Part shown: in pieces, positions 16,340 through 32,182 of the stretch
How positions within the stretch are numbered: the first letter of the stretch is position 1
Layout: every line of letters starts with the position of its first letter
DNA from: the human T2T-CHM13v2.0 reference genome, Homo sapiens
Reading direction: 5' to 3' (one strand)
Assembly (NCBI RefSeq): GCF_009914755.1
Contig: NC_060927.1
Length of the DNA: 64,000 nt
The notes under the pieces: generated by a model
The model's input: only the letters and a program-made list of their open reading frames with translations
Told to the model about the DNA's origin: nothing
Database searches by the model: none
Program-made: the position numbers and the translations under genes

Positions 16340-16570
16340 CTTTGACAAAATAGTTGCTAAGAACATGAACTCGAGTCAGACCTTATTTGTCAGTCCCTCC
16401 ATTTGGTAGCTCTGCGATCTTGGGCAAGTTAGTTAGCCTTTCTTTTCCTTGATGTGAAAACGGGATAAACTGGTGGGTTTGACGGATAAATGAGAGAATG
16501 TATGTTAAGAGCCTTTAGCACAGAACCTGGCACATAGTAAGCGCTCGATGAATAATGGCTGTTATTACCA
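16340..16570. mobile_element. MIR SINE remnant
   Basis: tcttgggcaagttag...ttagcacagaacctggcacatagtaagcgctcgatgaata. Confidence 0.75.
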
Positions 16571-17133
16571 CAAGGAAATTAACGATACCTATTTCAGTTT
16601 TCTTTTCTTCCTTCAAAGGAACCCTGTTATGTTATTCTAAATTTATTCCAAAATGGAGGACACTGAGGCCCAGGGAAGTTCAATGTTTCTTGACCCTTAC
16701 TCAGGGTTCTTTCTCAAGTTTTGTAAAGGCAGGGGTCTGACATTCTCCAATCACTGTCTCATAAGGCTTTGCGAAGTACTCTCTGCACACCAGCAACTCA
16801 ACATACAAAGCCTACTACCTGCTGGCAGAGTGAAGGGACCTGGCCAGAAGGACCAGGCCACTGTGATATTAGGTGATGCCTATTCCTGTTTTGCTTTCTG
16901 TTTTCATCTCCCTTGGGGGAAAAGGGGTGGTCTACAGAGGCAGCTCCCACCTTTCACAAACACTCATACAAACTTTTTAGAAAGAATCTAGTCTCTTCTT
17001 CCTCAAGACAAAGAGAGCTCCACAAAACCCAATGAGAAACCCACACTACTCAAGATTAAAGAGTCAGTGTTGCATCTAGCTGGACTTAAATCTTGGTGAT
17101 TTGTCACTGTCGCCAATTTGCTTTGAAGCCTTA

Positions 17134-17298
<165 letters not shown>

Positions 17299-18098
17299 TT
17301 ACTGATAAAAGCAATGATACCCCCAAGATGAACACAGTTGCAGGACAAGAATGGTGGTGCTTGATCAGATGGAAGATTTTCAATATAGGCAAAGAAACAA
17401 AATACTCTGAACAGGTGAAATAATGGAAGACACGGGGATAAACAGTGGGAATAGTCACTGAGCCCTAAAGTTCTTCACAGGACCCATCACTGTTTGATAA
17501 TTCCGAATCAAGCCCAAGCCATGATCCTTAACTACAAATAGTCAGCATTAACTGCTTTCCTCAGTATTCTTGCAAGGAGAATTAAGTAAATTAAAATTAT
17601 TATGTGCCACACCACAAAGCAGGTGTCCATGTCCAAGAACACTCAGGCTAAGTCAGAGTCACCTCTGAAGCCAGATCTAAGGATTCGGAAGTCATGTTAA
17701 GTCACCAGATGTTTCCTCTACTAGAGGATGAAAGAGAACAGCTTGGTTTAAACAGACTTTCTGATTTATCTTTAAGTCACTTTCTTCTTCCTTAAAATAA
17801 TTAAGGCTAGCAATGCTAATAGGCTTTGTTAGATCATTTTTGCCAAAAATTACTCTAAAACATCCTAGTATTTCTGCATACAGTCAGTCCTCCATATCTG
17901 TGGGTTCTGCATCCTTAGATTCAACCAATCACAGATAGAAAATTTGTTAGACCTACAATGGTTTTAGCTGTGATGAATACGTACAGATTTTTTTCTTCTC
18001 GTTATTCCCTAAGTAATACAGTATCACAACTATTTACATGGCATTTGCATTGTATTAGATGTCATAAGTAATGTAGAGATGATTTAAAGTATATAGGA

Positions 18099-18454
<356 letters not shown>

Positions 18455-20610
18455 ACACAAGTATTAGGCTATTTTCTAGGGATTTAAGCATCCATGGATT
18501 TTTATATCCTTGGTGGGGGATGCGGGTGTCCTGAAACCAATCCCCAGCAGACACTGAGGGGTGACTGTACAAATTTTATTAGGATTTCAATACTATTACC
18601 AAAATCAGCCAGGCCTCCAAATCCTTAAGATCAATGGTGATGACAAAAAGTCTATGTTAATGAATCATATATCTCATTGCCAAAATGACTGCTTTACTCT
18701 AGAATTTGCCTATGATATTTCAGCATTAAAAGTATTAATTCATTTTCCAGTAACCTGATATTTTACTTTCAATACTCAGCAATGGTCCAGGGCTTTAAAA
18801 TGAATATCTTGTTTTTTAAAACAAATGCAATTTCCATAAGAAAATACTTACTATACATGAAATTGTTCTATACACCACTCTGTTACTTCACTAAAGTAAA
18901 AGAGTTATTTCTATTTAATTCTTACGTAATATTTTAATGTATACATAGGGTGTTTTATGACCTATAAAATGATATATCATTTTTTTAAAGAGAAAAAATA
19001 TATATTTCAGTTGCAGTGAATCCTAAAGGAGATTTTCAAATGCTATAGTGCATACCTTCTTATTTAATTAACTGGATTTGGGGCTGAAGGAAAGCGCAGG
19101 CCTGAGAATTTAATTCTTTTCTTCTCCAGTTTTGTACAATGGAATAGGGAAGAAGAAGGTGGATGTTTAGATTTTAGGTTGGCGAAGAGATGTCCCTTTT
19201 TAGTGATTCACCCACAAACTTAAAATGTATAGTGAATGAATACACCAACAGAGAAGAAACCAAGTGACCAGTAAGTACAAGTCAGAGGAGTTTGAATCTG
19301 ATCTTTTTACTTGAGCTATCTCAGTGCCAGGGCTGTAAATGGGTGCTTTCTATCCACTGCTTTTATTATAATTGCTGAGGCTAAGCTGCAAAACACCCAG
19401 AACATGGAGCTAAGCTACTGCACAGGACTCCCATAAACACAATTTGAGAGTAATATTTTCTTGAGCACGCTAAGGTAACAATATTTTCTTTCTGTTCGAG
19501 TAGCTGGCTAAAGGATATTTGCTGTAATAGCCTCAATGAAACAACAAATTAAATCAAGTTGTGTCTCCGTCTTTGAGTCACTCAAGCAAGAGGATTATTA
19601 CTGAAATAGACCACTGGTGCTTTCCAGCCAGCACTGGGCTCCTGGCAGAGTCTGTTTTAGGTCTGCTGAGTGTGTGGCTTTTCTGGGAACAACGAAAGGG
19701 CCTCTGCAGAGACTTCCAGCCCAGACCCATTTTTCTCAGCATCATTTAACACCAGAACATTTGCCCATCCTACAGTGACACCAAATGTAACAAGTTTCTG
19801 CCTACTGTTGCTCATTTAGGTGTGAGCTAGCATGGTATGGGAGGTTGTGGCCAACAGATTTAGGCTTATCACACCGTTTAGGCCACATGGAAAAAAAAAA
19901 AAAAGCTTCGTTTCCTTCTGAGAATCAGTGGTAAATGGCAAATTTATTTAAAGGTTTTCTGTTGAAAAGGAAGATGCCCACTGACACTAGGGATGTTAAA
20001 GACACAAGAGTGAGCCAGAAAACACAGACATAAACGTCGACACACAGACACGTTACAAAGAAAGTCTTGCTACTTTAATTTTGGTATTTTAAGAATTCTA
20101 CTCTTCTACCAACTAAATGCCATTTACCCCAATTTATAACTTTGGCAATAAATCAGTACTGAAACACATTATGGGATTATAAAATTTCTCTCTTCTGTGT
20201 CCTCTGAGGCCACCTCTTCTTAGAGGCATTGAAGTTTCTAAACTACTTCCCCCAAAATGGTTTTCTTCCTTACTTCAGGCAGATTTTATTAGAATTAAGT
20301 TTTTAGGCGGCAGTAAGGTAGAACCATTTTCCCAATATTAATATCACTTTTTTTGAGTGAGGCTAAATCAAATAGAGCTAAGAAAACCTTGTCCAATTTT
20401 CATTTGTAAGCCCCTGCATATGAACAGTTTCTGCAGTTAGTCTCCTTTGGGTAATGCCAGTGACAATTCAATAAAGCAGTCAAAAGACTTCCTTTGATAA
20501 TTAGAAAGAATGGACCCACCAGATTTGCAAAGAAACTGCCTGGTGTCTCCATTACTACAGACAAACTAACACATTTCCAGACTTGACAAGGGCATGCAAA
20601 ACCCTTTTTA

Positions 20611-20898
<288 letters not shown>

Positions 20899-22476
20899 TT
20901 AATGTACATTCTTTCTCTTAGTTCACTTTAATTTAGTTTTGATTGATAAGGAACAGTCAGTTCAGCTTTCACAATAAAGGTCATGGCTGTTATGTTAAAA
21001 GACTATAGTTTGATTCCATTTTTTCTTTCTTTTTTTTTTTTACAGTGCTTTACTTGTAAAAAAGGTAGAATTTACAATTGCACCACTGAGAGTTTCCTAT
21101 AACTCCTATTACTATCTTAAACTCTCCTTATTTAATGACATTCTAAAGTACACATTCTTGAATGGCCTTACTTCAATCATGGTTTGTCTAAAACCTTATT
21201 GCTTTTTGAAAAATTTAAGTATATTTGTGCTACCACTATACTACAGCATTTATTCAAAAGTGTATCAAGTCCAGGATGAAATTCATTCTTGTACTAATAT
21301 CTGTTCAGGTGAATTCTAAGCATTTCAAGCCCGAATAGTCTTATATTTAGAGATGCAGATCAATGGATCTATCCGAGAACTGAACAAACACACAAATACA
21401 AACTCATAATTGCTCTTAAAATCTGGAGGTATATCCAAGCTTCTTAAGCTCACTATGATAAAGAAGCTCAATCGCCACTTCCAAACTTGTAAGCATGTCT
21501 CTCCAAGGCAGGACAGATTTACAATGTTGGTTAATAGGACAGTTTTCAGTTTTTTCTTTCCAAACTATATAGTGAACAGGCAAAGTTTCAACTATAAGCC
21601 TTATAATTTCTTTTGTAGTAAATGCTACTGGATAGGATCTGATTTTCCTAAACATTTACTAATAACACTGCATCGCTGTCGTTTTTAAGATGTGCACAAT
21701 TCTAGAGAAACCATAAAACAGGCAACATGGCTTTTAAAGGACTTCAGTGCTCGTCTTTGTTTTTAATTAAACATTGAAACCCTTCAAAAGGATTCATGAA
21801 CACATTTGTAATTCAGACTGATTCATTCTAATACTGCTGCCTTGAGAGATGGCCATATCAAAAATATGGTACATTGCAACACATTTAGACCATGTGAAGG
21901 AATGCGTTCACAGATTGTGTTAATCTCCACATTGCCCCTAATAAAAGAAAAGAAAAAGAAAAATGTATTTCCAACAAAAAGAGGGTAATATGGCACAGTT
22001 AAGCTGCTGTTGCTGACTTCAATTTTCCTGTTTTTCCTGGATTACTCTGCTCATTTTACTGTCTTGGGGGGAGGGGGCAGGGAATCACATCTAACAAGGC
22101 TATACACTTTTTTCTCTTTGAAAGACAAGATACAAAACAACCTAAGAGAATGGCAGAAACTGATCTCAGATAAAGAAAAATACTGCTTCAAAGACGAGAT
22201 TGATGCACGATCATTCCTAGGTGCTGTGAAAATAAGAAAATCTGTGACAGATACTGAATAATTACCATGGGGGCCAGGGGGAGGTCTCATCATTATCCTC
22301 ATTTAGTAGTGAGGAAGAAATCCATGTGAATGTTAACATCAATTAGGTTGCTACTATCTATCCGTCAACTACAGAGACTCCAATTACCAAAAAGGAACAG
22401 GTTCTCATTTGTGCTGCTCTATCCGATTCCTTAGATGTTAAAGAAAGTGAAGGAACAAAACTGGCACCATTCCGAA

Positions 22477-22785
22477 TTTTTTTTTTTTTTTTTTTTTTTT
22501 TTTTGAGACAGTCTCGCTCTGTCGCCCAGGCTGGAGTGCAAGTGGCATGATCTCGGCTCACTGCAAGCTCCGCCTCCCAGGTTCCAGTGATGCCTCCTGC
22601 CTCAGCCTCCCGAGTAGCTGGGACTACAGGCGCACGCCACCACACCCGGCTAATTTTTGTATTTTTTAGCAGAGACGGGGTTTCACCATATTGGCCAGGC
22701 TGGTCTCCAACTCCTGACTTCGTGATCCGCCCGCCTCAGCCTCCCAAAGTGCTGGGATTATATGACTGAGCCGTGGCGCCTGGCC
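22477..22785 (-). mobile_element. Alu (AluSc/Y type)
   Basis: Poly-T plus reverse-complement Alu dimer. Confidence 0.95.
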
Positions 22786-24779
22786 CTGAATATTTCAGTC
22801 CGGCTGCCACCTGAGCAACTTCAGTACTTACAGTAGCTGGCTATGGCCACATTACATATTTTCCTAATTTTTTTTTCCTAGTGAAAACTTTTTAGACACA
22901 TTTGATTAAGTCAAATTCTTAAGAAAATTTGCCGCCACCAGGGTAAAAATGGCATTTGAGCAAGAGCCTTCTATTAAACGGATGTTTTACAATTGTCCTG
23001 TCAACCCAGGACGCCCCCGCCAGCCCTTCAGAATGCAATTCATTTTATCACAAAAAGATTCATACAGGAAAACTCAATCATAAATGTGTACTGTATTGAG
23101 GAGAGCAGGAGTTCGGTCAATAAAGCAATATCTCAACATTAACTGAAGTTGGGCCATTGACTGGACGAGCCACAAGCTCAGAGAGAAATGCGCGGGGAAT
23201 GTGAAAACGCTCCTCTTTGGAAATATCTCTTAAATGGTTTTCTTCAGTGAAATCACTACAGTGAGCGAGGAGACACAATGAGGACAGAACCTGGTTCCTG
23301 GTTAGCATCCACTGCATATGAGGTCATTCCAAATGGAACTTCATTTCCTTTAGTCAGGCCTCAGGGGTACTTTAGGGGTGTCTTTCTAGTCCAGCGACTA
23401 AATAAGTCCCTGCTCAAATTAGTGGGCTTTTTGTCAGCAGAGTGAACTTGTAGCCAAAACAGCCTATTTAATTCCATGCATTGTGGTACCAAGAAGGCAG
23501 TAATATTTCTCCCTTGAGGAGGAAAAGGATGAAGCCCTGAGTGACTCCTAACATTTGATAACCAGCAAGACTCCAGGCTCACCTCTGCCCCCCAACTGCT
23601 GAGCATCATTCAGTGGACTGACCAACTTTCCTCCTCAGACAAGGATGCTGGCCTCACTGCCCCATTTTGCTTGGGTCACAGAGGAGTCGACTTTCAGCAT
23701 GCACCTCGGCCGGCAAAGGAAGCACAGCATGGCCAAGTCTGTGTGGTGGACGGGAGGCCGGGGACCCACACCTCACACAACCTCTCTGCCACGACTCTCG
23801 ATGGGGACCCTGCTGAGCAGTGACCACATTTGCAGCTAGGAATGAAACCTGTGCTGAGGGGAGGATGAGCAAAATGATTCCCTTCACTCTTCCAGCTTCT
23901 CCCAGACCCTTCAACAAACCGAATCTCCACCATCACAACACCTCTCTCCTACCCCATACCAAAAAGAGAAAATGAGGTATCTGTCCTTCATAGCTGCCTC
24001 ACCCTGACCATTATAAGAAAACATCAGAAAACAGCCACCCAACAACAACAATCAATTTGCATCGCCTAAAATTAAGGCATTTTTAGGAACTTTCATTGGT
24101 AAGATAAATGAATATTATTTATGGTGAATAGTTTTTGGAAATCATTTCATAATAAAAAGACGTTAAACATGAGGGTGATATTATGTTTATACAAGCCAAG
24201 AAGTTACAAAGTATACTATCACTGGCTCATATTTATAGAAAAGGTAAAGCACTGGATAAGTAATTAAAGCACAACCACTCACTGCTATGGTTTTTTCCTT
24301 TTCATGGGGAATGTTTAGAGAGATTATAATGGTTAAAAAAAATTACCAGTATTTTTAAAAATCAAGAGACCACTTAAAAAGCATTTAATTTCTTCTCATT
24401 AGCCCAAAATCCCAGTCAAACATGTTTAAGTTCTGTTGCATATCAGATTTGTGCTCAGAGCACATCACAATCTCCACTCGGAGAATTAATGAGACAGCAG
24501 CTCTTATCTACCATTCCTTTTAACTGAAGGGACGAAAAAACCCATTTTTACCCAGGGCATTTATGTGATAACCATCCACTTCTACCCCCTCCCCAAAGTG
24601 AAGGCATAGTGGAGACTCCATGAATAGCCAGCAGAGTCCACTCCCTCTGTGATACTTTTGCATCTTGCGGATTTCACTTTACCCAGTTTACACACTGCAA
24701 CTCATCTATTTTCAATAACCTTCAAGAGAAAGGTAGAGCCCTGCGGAGGGGTCAGGGTAAGACAGAGGCCAGGATGCTA

Positions 24780-25085
<306 letters not shown>

Positions 25086-28000
25086 TTAGCACTTTTGCAT
25101 ACACATACATATCAACAGTATTTTGGCTCCCACCTTTCTCCAGCTAATGCTGAATGTAGATAAATCCCCAGGTGACTGGCAGACAAACAGAGGGGTGGGC
25201 CAGATAGGAAGACATAATCATAACCCATACTGCTCTCTGGGCTACAGCGGAAAACAAATCTGATATTCATCACAGGTTCTCAGCTAAGACGCTATGCTCG
25301 TTTACTGCAAGATGGATCAGTTTTAACATTTTCATTTTCACAAAAATATGTGACACCAAATACCATGAGTGGTTTAGGATAAGGCTATAATATCCAGAAG
25401 AAATATAATCAGGGCTAAAGATGCTCCTCAGGACTCCATGTCTTGTACCTTTTAATAATAAAATACCCAATTCCTCTCTAAGAGTTTGCTATCCATTCTT
25501 TTCGACTATTAAAAAAAAGGAGGTCAGATCTTTTAAAAATCATGCCTAGTATTATATGTTTACTGGTATTTCTAGGTGTAGAAATTACTAATATATGAAG
25601 AACTTCCATAATTCTTAGCTAATCAATTTGGCAAGCATTACACTTCACCTCTTAAACTGCCGATAGTACTGTTGGTTGAAAACCAAGATCAAACTTTGTA
25701 TATGAGTTGACCTCTGGGGGCCAGCCTTCTTAGATCTGCAACTTCTCCAAAGTCCAAGTATTATAATATTCAAAGGGGAAGAGTTCCATTTAAATTTCAG
25801 TTGAATAACCAAGTCCTTGTTCATTAAAATCTGCTCAGCAAAGACCCTTCTCATTTTACAAAAAGCTCTGTTAGAATGGGGAATGAATGGAGAGTAAGAC
25901 CTAATGGAAAGGAAAATAGTGGGTAGAACAGAAAATAACTGTAGTTCTTATTTTCTCCAATAAAAGACTGTGGTAATCTCAGGTGTTTAGCATTCCCTAT
26001 TCAAAACAAAAAATCCTGCAGTCATGCCTCATATACCATAGACACCATGTCACTATACTTAGCTGATTTAAAGCATTGTATGGGGTAGAGGACAGGAAAG
26101 GGCTCTCCATTCTCTTTTATAGATCCTGTAGAGCTCGTGGTTTTAAAGTACTTTATAAGAGCTTTGACCTTGATCATTATAGATCCCTGAAGTTCTTTAT
26201 AGAGCCCAAATCTTCCACCAGGTGTTCCGATCAATCCTATCAAGGCCATTCTTCCTTGCTGTCTCCCCGAGTATCCTTCATCTTTCATTCCCCTGGAATT
26301 CTGCTGGAAATTTGCAAGGTCCCTTCATTTAATTCTCAGGTCCCTATACTTCCTCTCCTTCCAGTAATTGCTTTGAAACAAGTATCTGAAGAAAGCCCAA
26401 GGAGGACAAAAACTTCATCTGCTCTTGACTATTACAGATTTGAATGCAGGTATTGGCAAGGATTCAAAATTGAGAACAATTGGACATGCATTCAATGAAG
26501 GCAAGGTAGACTGTTTAAAATTATACTTGATGTGCCTGCAGGAGAAATTTGAGGACCATATTCTAACCTATCCTGGAGGTCTTGGGAAAACTGTATGAGA
26601 GGCTTAATTCACTTCAATTCAAGGGGAAAAACATACACTGTTGCAGATGCCAGGAAAACACGCTGATGTTTGGGTGGGAACAAACACCATCATAATCCCA
26701 CGTCACCATTTTTCTCTTTTGAGGATCAAGTGCTCAGCTCAGATTTGGTTGCCATTCCAGAGTTGATAGAACCTGGCTCTGCCAACTTCAACAGTTTCTC
26801 CTCCAACAGTGAATTCAGCTCCCAGGGCCAGAGTGAGAAAATGTAAATGATGGATACCATACTCATTTTCTTTTGCATGCACATGGGACAGTTGCTTTTT
26901 TTCCCCCCCTCTTCAATGTGGTCTTTACAAGGGTCTTGATTATAAACAACCATGTACAGTATCAGCCCTTTTTTTGTGTGAACCTACATAACAACACATA
27001 GAAAAAATGGGATTATGGGTGGAGTTTTTCCCTCTTATCATTATACTTTCCCATATTACCTACCTTTTTTACTTTTATGGTGCATAGAGAATACTTTTTA
27101 TAATCAAGACAAAATTTAAAGTCATTTTCATTTCAAAATGAACCTTGGTAAATAGAATTAACGGGAACTGCTACTTCCTATTTTTTTACATTTTAGTAAT
27201 GTTTTACTTTTGTTCACCTCTGAAGGGGAAAGATATTTTAAATGTAAAAGCAAAAAACTCAGTAAAAGACCTCTGCATTTACCCTGAGAGTGGCATGCCT
27301 CCCTTCAAAGGACCACTCTCTTTTGGTTCCTCAAATTAATAGATGCCAGATTGATTCCAGGGTCGGCCTATAAGCACTAAATTCTGACCCTGGAAGCTCT
27401 GGTCTCATCGTGTTGAAATTACGCTTCACAAAGGTGTGCACACTGCAGGATTACCTGCAGGAAACAGCCTTGTGCTGCTGCTTCTTTTGTAGGGTTATTG
27501 GCAGTTTCTGTTCCATTGTCTTCTTGGGCCATTACCTCCTGAAGCCTAACTCAAACCTTTTCCACTTGATTCTTCTTCCTGAACTGGAGAGAAATATCCT
27601 TCTGGCATCCCTGACCCACTGAGAAAGTCTGATAAAAGTACTGGACCTGTCTCCCAGAGAAAATGCGTATGTGCTTTTACATACATACCTGTACATGCAT
27701 GTGCAGAGATTCAGCATGTCACGTCATGGGTTTTTGAAACCCTCTCATGTCTGTCCCAGTATAAGAAATCCCTGACATGGAAGAACCTAGATCTCTTACA
27801 TTTAACTGAAGAGATGGTTCCACCAGAAATAGAGAGTGCAAATGAAGTCTACTGGAAATGCTTGGGCCATTTTTCAAATTATAACACCCTTTCTCACCTC
27901 CCCAATAAATGACTCATTTAGGTCCAATTTAACACCAAATGACAGACACAATCTGGAATGAGTTTGCAAAACTGCCTCTCGGTCAAACTGCACCTCTGAG

Positions 28001-29002
28001 TCTCCTTTAAATGCCATCTAAACTTTATACCTCAAACTGGAAAATAAAAGTAAAGGAGCATCCTGAGAATATGCTCTAAAAACTGTGCCACCACTCAACT
28101 ATCTCTAACTGGCATATATAAATGGCACACCAGTGGGCTAAATACACAATAATCTGGAAGCTTTTTGGATGTTCTCCCTGCTAAGACTTAACCTCATTCT
28201 ATGTTCCTTCTCAAGTTCAATTATGAAAACTCATTAATTTGAAGACATATTCTGTAATTTAATATCTTGTGGGCACTCTGGATTTTTTAAAACTATGCTG
28301 TGGGTGTGAGGGGAGTTCAAAGTAATTTTTTTTTTTATTTTCTGTTAGCATTCTAATTAGCTATGAGGTTGTCCTTTATCTGGTTAGAGCCCAGAACTGT
28401 CCAGGAGAAAAACCATGTTTATATATCTCCCAAATTAAAGTCAACTTGTGTGCATTTTCAGCAGTCTGGATCACCTCCCAGAAGACTAGGGGCATGAGAA
28501 TACGTTCACTTCTGAACTATTTATGACACAGGAGCAGATTTGCATTTAATGCAATTGTATTTCACCTCATTTTCCTAGGTGAGACACTAGCCCAAAGACA
28601 AGTAGCTGTAGTTAAAAGTATACTTTTAAGTCTGTTAACGAAACCCTGTGCATACTAAGAACATGGAAAAATGGAAAAACCTAGTACACAAATGATATAA
28701 CATCCAGCCCAGGCCCTCCTAAGTGTGCTGCCCTACCTGCAATAGATTTATTCACTTAACCCAATAAATACATAGGATCACCTGCTGTGTGCCAGATACT
28801 GAGGGAAACAACATGTAAATAAGGAATAGATGGTACCTGAGCTCTTGAAATTTATCCCTGGGAATGTATCTAAGTGTGTGTATACATAGTGTGTGTAGAT
28901 GAATATTAATAAAATATAATCTATTGATAGCAACACACTGCAATGTCCTTTAGAAAGGTGGTAAAGAGAGGACTCTGGAAGAACCCTACTAACAGAAAGA
29001 GA

Positions 29003-29279
29003 AGGCTGGGCATGATGGCTCACACATGTAATCCCAGCACTTTGGGAGGCCGAGGAACACAAATCCCTTGAGGTCAGGAGTTCGAAACCAGCCTGGCCAA
29101 CATGGTGAAACTCCATCTCTACTAAAAATACAAAAATTACCCAGGTGTGGTGGCATGCACCTGTAATCCCAGCTACTTGGGAGGCTGATGCACGAGAATC
29201 GCTTGGAAAGGTGGAGCTTCCAGTGAGCTGAGATCACACTACTGCACTCCAGCCTGGGTGACAGAGCGAGACTCCATCT

Positions 29280-29332
<53 letters not shown>
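29003..29332 (+). mobile_element. AluS element with a 52-nt pure A tail
   Basis: Alu dimer; A run at 29281-29332. Confidence 0.95.
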
Positions 29333-29334
<2 letters not shown>

Positions 29335-29336
<2 letters not shown>

Positions 29337-29890
29337 GTGTGCTAAGTGGACTTTCTGAAGAACAAAAAAGCTAATGTGACACAGCAAGGGAGGGTGGCCT
29401 GAGAGGAACTGGGAGGCCACATAACGCATGAGCCCTGTGGGCTACGTAAGGAGTTTGGGTTTCATTCTTAGTTTCAAGAGGGGGAATCCATTAATGAATT
29501 TCAAGTGGGGATGTTCCAAGAGCCAACATGTTTCCAGAAAGTTTGGTGTCGCTACTGGGTGGTGAATGGATTGGTGGGGAAGAGGAGTGAATGCGGAGAG
29601 GCCAGTCAGGAAGCCCCAGGTGCAGTCAATGTGGGGACCTGAGGTGGGCAATACCAGGGTAGCTGGAGTTACCCAGGAAAAGAACAAGTGAGGTCAGAAG
29701 ACACTTTGTTGCCAAATTCAACAGGGATTGCTGACAGACTGAATGGAGGAGGCTTAGGAGCAGGAGGATGGAGGGGACAGGAGAGAAGGGAGGTGAAGAG
29801 GATCACCAAAAGGAGGAGAGCTTAGAAACAAGGATATCCATGCACCACATCTCTACTGTGAGTAACTGGTTGAGAAGGGGTGCCACATAT
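29335..29890. mobile_element. L2 LINE remnant
   Basis: gtaaggagtttgggtttcattctta...gggaatccattaatgaatttcaagtgggg...aggccagtcaggaagc is typical of L2; approximate limits. Confidence 0.6.
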
Positions 29891-31907
29891 TAAGATAGGA
29901 ATTTCCAATGCTAATTGTTGTCATTATGCTGATATTTTTGAAGCAAGAGTCTTATTGCTGAGTCTCAATTCATAGCCAACTAGGAATATGGAAATGGGCT
30001 CAATTAAAAAAATTCCATAAAGGTCTTTGGCCACATGTTGGCCATGAACCTGTATCACAAGACCTTTTAAACTAAAACTAAAACTGTACCAACCTCTCTG
30101 AAATGAATGATTCCCTTACTTACTGTCAGGCCAGGGAAACTGGGAAGACATAATGGTTTTTATAAATGGAAATGCGAAAAAAATCAACTCATCAGTATTT
30201 CCCAGAATGATTTCAAAATGTAGGTACTTAGAAAGTGAACTGAAAATATTTGCTTGGAAGAGCAAATGAATACAGACAGCACTTAGGAGCTTAAATGATG
30301 AAAAGAATTCATGTGGCTTAAAAATGACAAATTGATCCATTTTAAAGCAAAATTATTTACAGTTCACTTATCTGCCAAGAGCGAAGGCTACTGCAGCGAT
30401 TTACATGGACAACAGGAAAAACTCCAAGTGCTGATGAGGTATTAGGCCAACGTCATTAAAGGGTGTGTGAAAATCAGAGACTCGAATCCAAGCCAGTGCA
30501 GAGGATGGTCATTCCTTTTGTTTGTTTCTTTTATCATTTATGGGTCTAAGTCAAACGATTTCTTCCAAAAAGGTGGGCGAGAGGAGTTAATGCAGAAGAA
30601 AAGGCAGGCACTGACTGGATATGAAAATGGGTTCTGGTTCACATTGCATGTTTTAAAGGAATGTAATACAATGGCAAAGTCCATCTTCCAGGGCTCCAAA
30701 AGGCAGAGAAGGGGAGTTGCCACGGGAAGTGAGAGGCAAGGAGACTGACTGAAGTGATCCTATGGCTTCACCCATCTACTACTCTCACTGTTTCTTCTTG
30801 TAGGCTGTAGAAGCTTTGATGGGATCAATCATCATGCTGGTTGTCACACAAGTGGCATCAGGGAAAAGGAAGACAGGTGCCACACAACTGTGTGAGTCTG
30901 AGAAAGAGGCAGGGTACATAAAACGGAATGATCTAGGCCAGGGTCACTTAGTGTGTGTGTGTAAAAGGAGTCTCTCCCTCACATCTCTTAATGACTAGTT
31001 TTCAGCAATTTCCTTTAGCATCTCTTGCAGGGGAAAGGGACAGAGAGGATAGTGGAACAAAAACCTATCACTGTGGCTACCCTGCCGACAGCTTGCTATG
31101 TCTGCTCTAAAGAGGCTGTTGAAGAGACTGCTTCTTCAATGCGGATGGGCACTGGATGCTTTGCCCACCATCCAGGGTCCTCTATATAAAAACTTTTTGT
31201 AGGATTTTTTTTTTTTTTTAGTGAACAGGAAACTCTTGTCTCTTTAGTGAATATGGTACACTTTCTTTCATCTGACAATAATAGCTAAGTAAAGAATGTG
31301 GTTTCCTATGTTGCCTAGGCTGCTGGGGAACTCCAAAGTACTCCACAGCTCAATCACAGCACTTATTCAATCGTGGGTGTTGGCATTTTATGATGACTTA
31401 TAAGTTATTATAATTAAGAGTGGAATGATTACATTATGTGCGTACTTGCTTCCATGTTATATTTCTGCTTTATTAATGCTCATCACACTTTAATCCCTAT
31501 GAGGTGAGGATCTTTGTAGATCTGCCTGTTAATGTGGTTATTATTTCTCCCTCCCCATTTCCATGAGGGCAGGGATGTTTTCTGATTAATTCTTATCCAA
31601 TATTGGCACTGGGTCTGGCACACATAAAATAATAAATACTTATTGATGAAATGACTGCATAAACATTTTGGAAATTTGTGGCAATTAATCTTTTTTTTTT
31701 TGCAAGGAGCAATCAATACACGGTTTGTTTGCAAACTGCAAGAAGAGAGGTGCCATGACCACCTTATTTATTATAGTATTTCCAGTGCTTCACACCAAAC
31801 CTGTTATTTAATGGGTTCTAAATACTAGTTTTCTGAATAATGGATGAATGAATGGATGAAAGATGAATATGTAGGTGGAGCAACAGATGGATAAATAGAA
31901 GATGATA

Positions 31908-32182
31908 GCTAGGTGTGGTGGCACATGACTGTAATCCCAGCACATTGGGAGGCCAAGATAGGAGGAGCACTTGAGACCAGCCTGGGCAAGATGGTGAGAC
32001 TCCCGCCTCTACAAAAAATATAAAAATTAGCCAGGCATGGTGGTGCATACCTACAGTCCCAGCTACTTGGAAGGCTAAGGCAAGAGATTGCTTGGGCCCA
32101 GAAGTTCGAGGCTGCAGTGAGCTATGACTGTGCCACTGCACTCAGCCTTGATGACAAAGTGAGACCTCATCTCAAAAAAAAA
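31908..32182 (+). mobile_element. AluJ element with a small left-arm deletion
   Basis: Alu dimer; the cacttgagaccagcc junction lacks the intervening consensus bases. Confidence 0.9.

Noticed and set aside
19655-19770. Possible minus-strand exon after actgtag| reading WANVLVLNDAEKNG...
   Set aside because: Weak pyrimidine tract, an in-frame TAA after about 37 codons and no convincing donor.
26076-26498. 140-aa plus-strand ORF, and the 133-aa ORF at 10694-11095
   Set aside because: No recognisable homology, splice context or coding-like composition.
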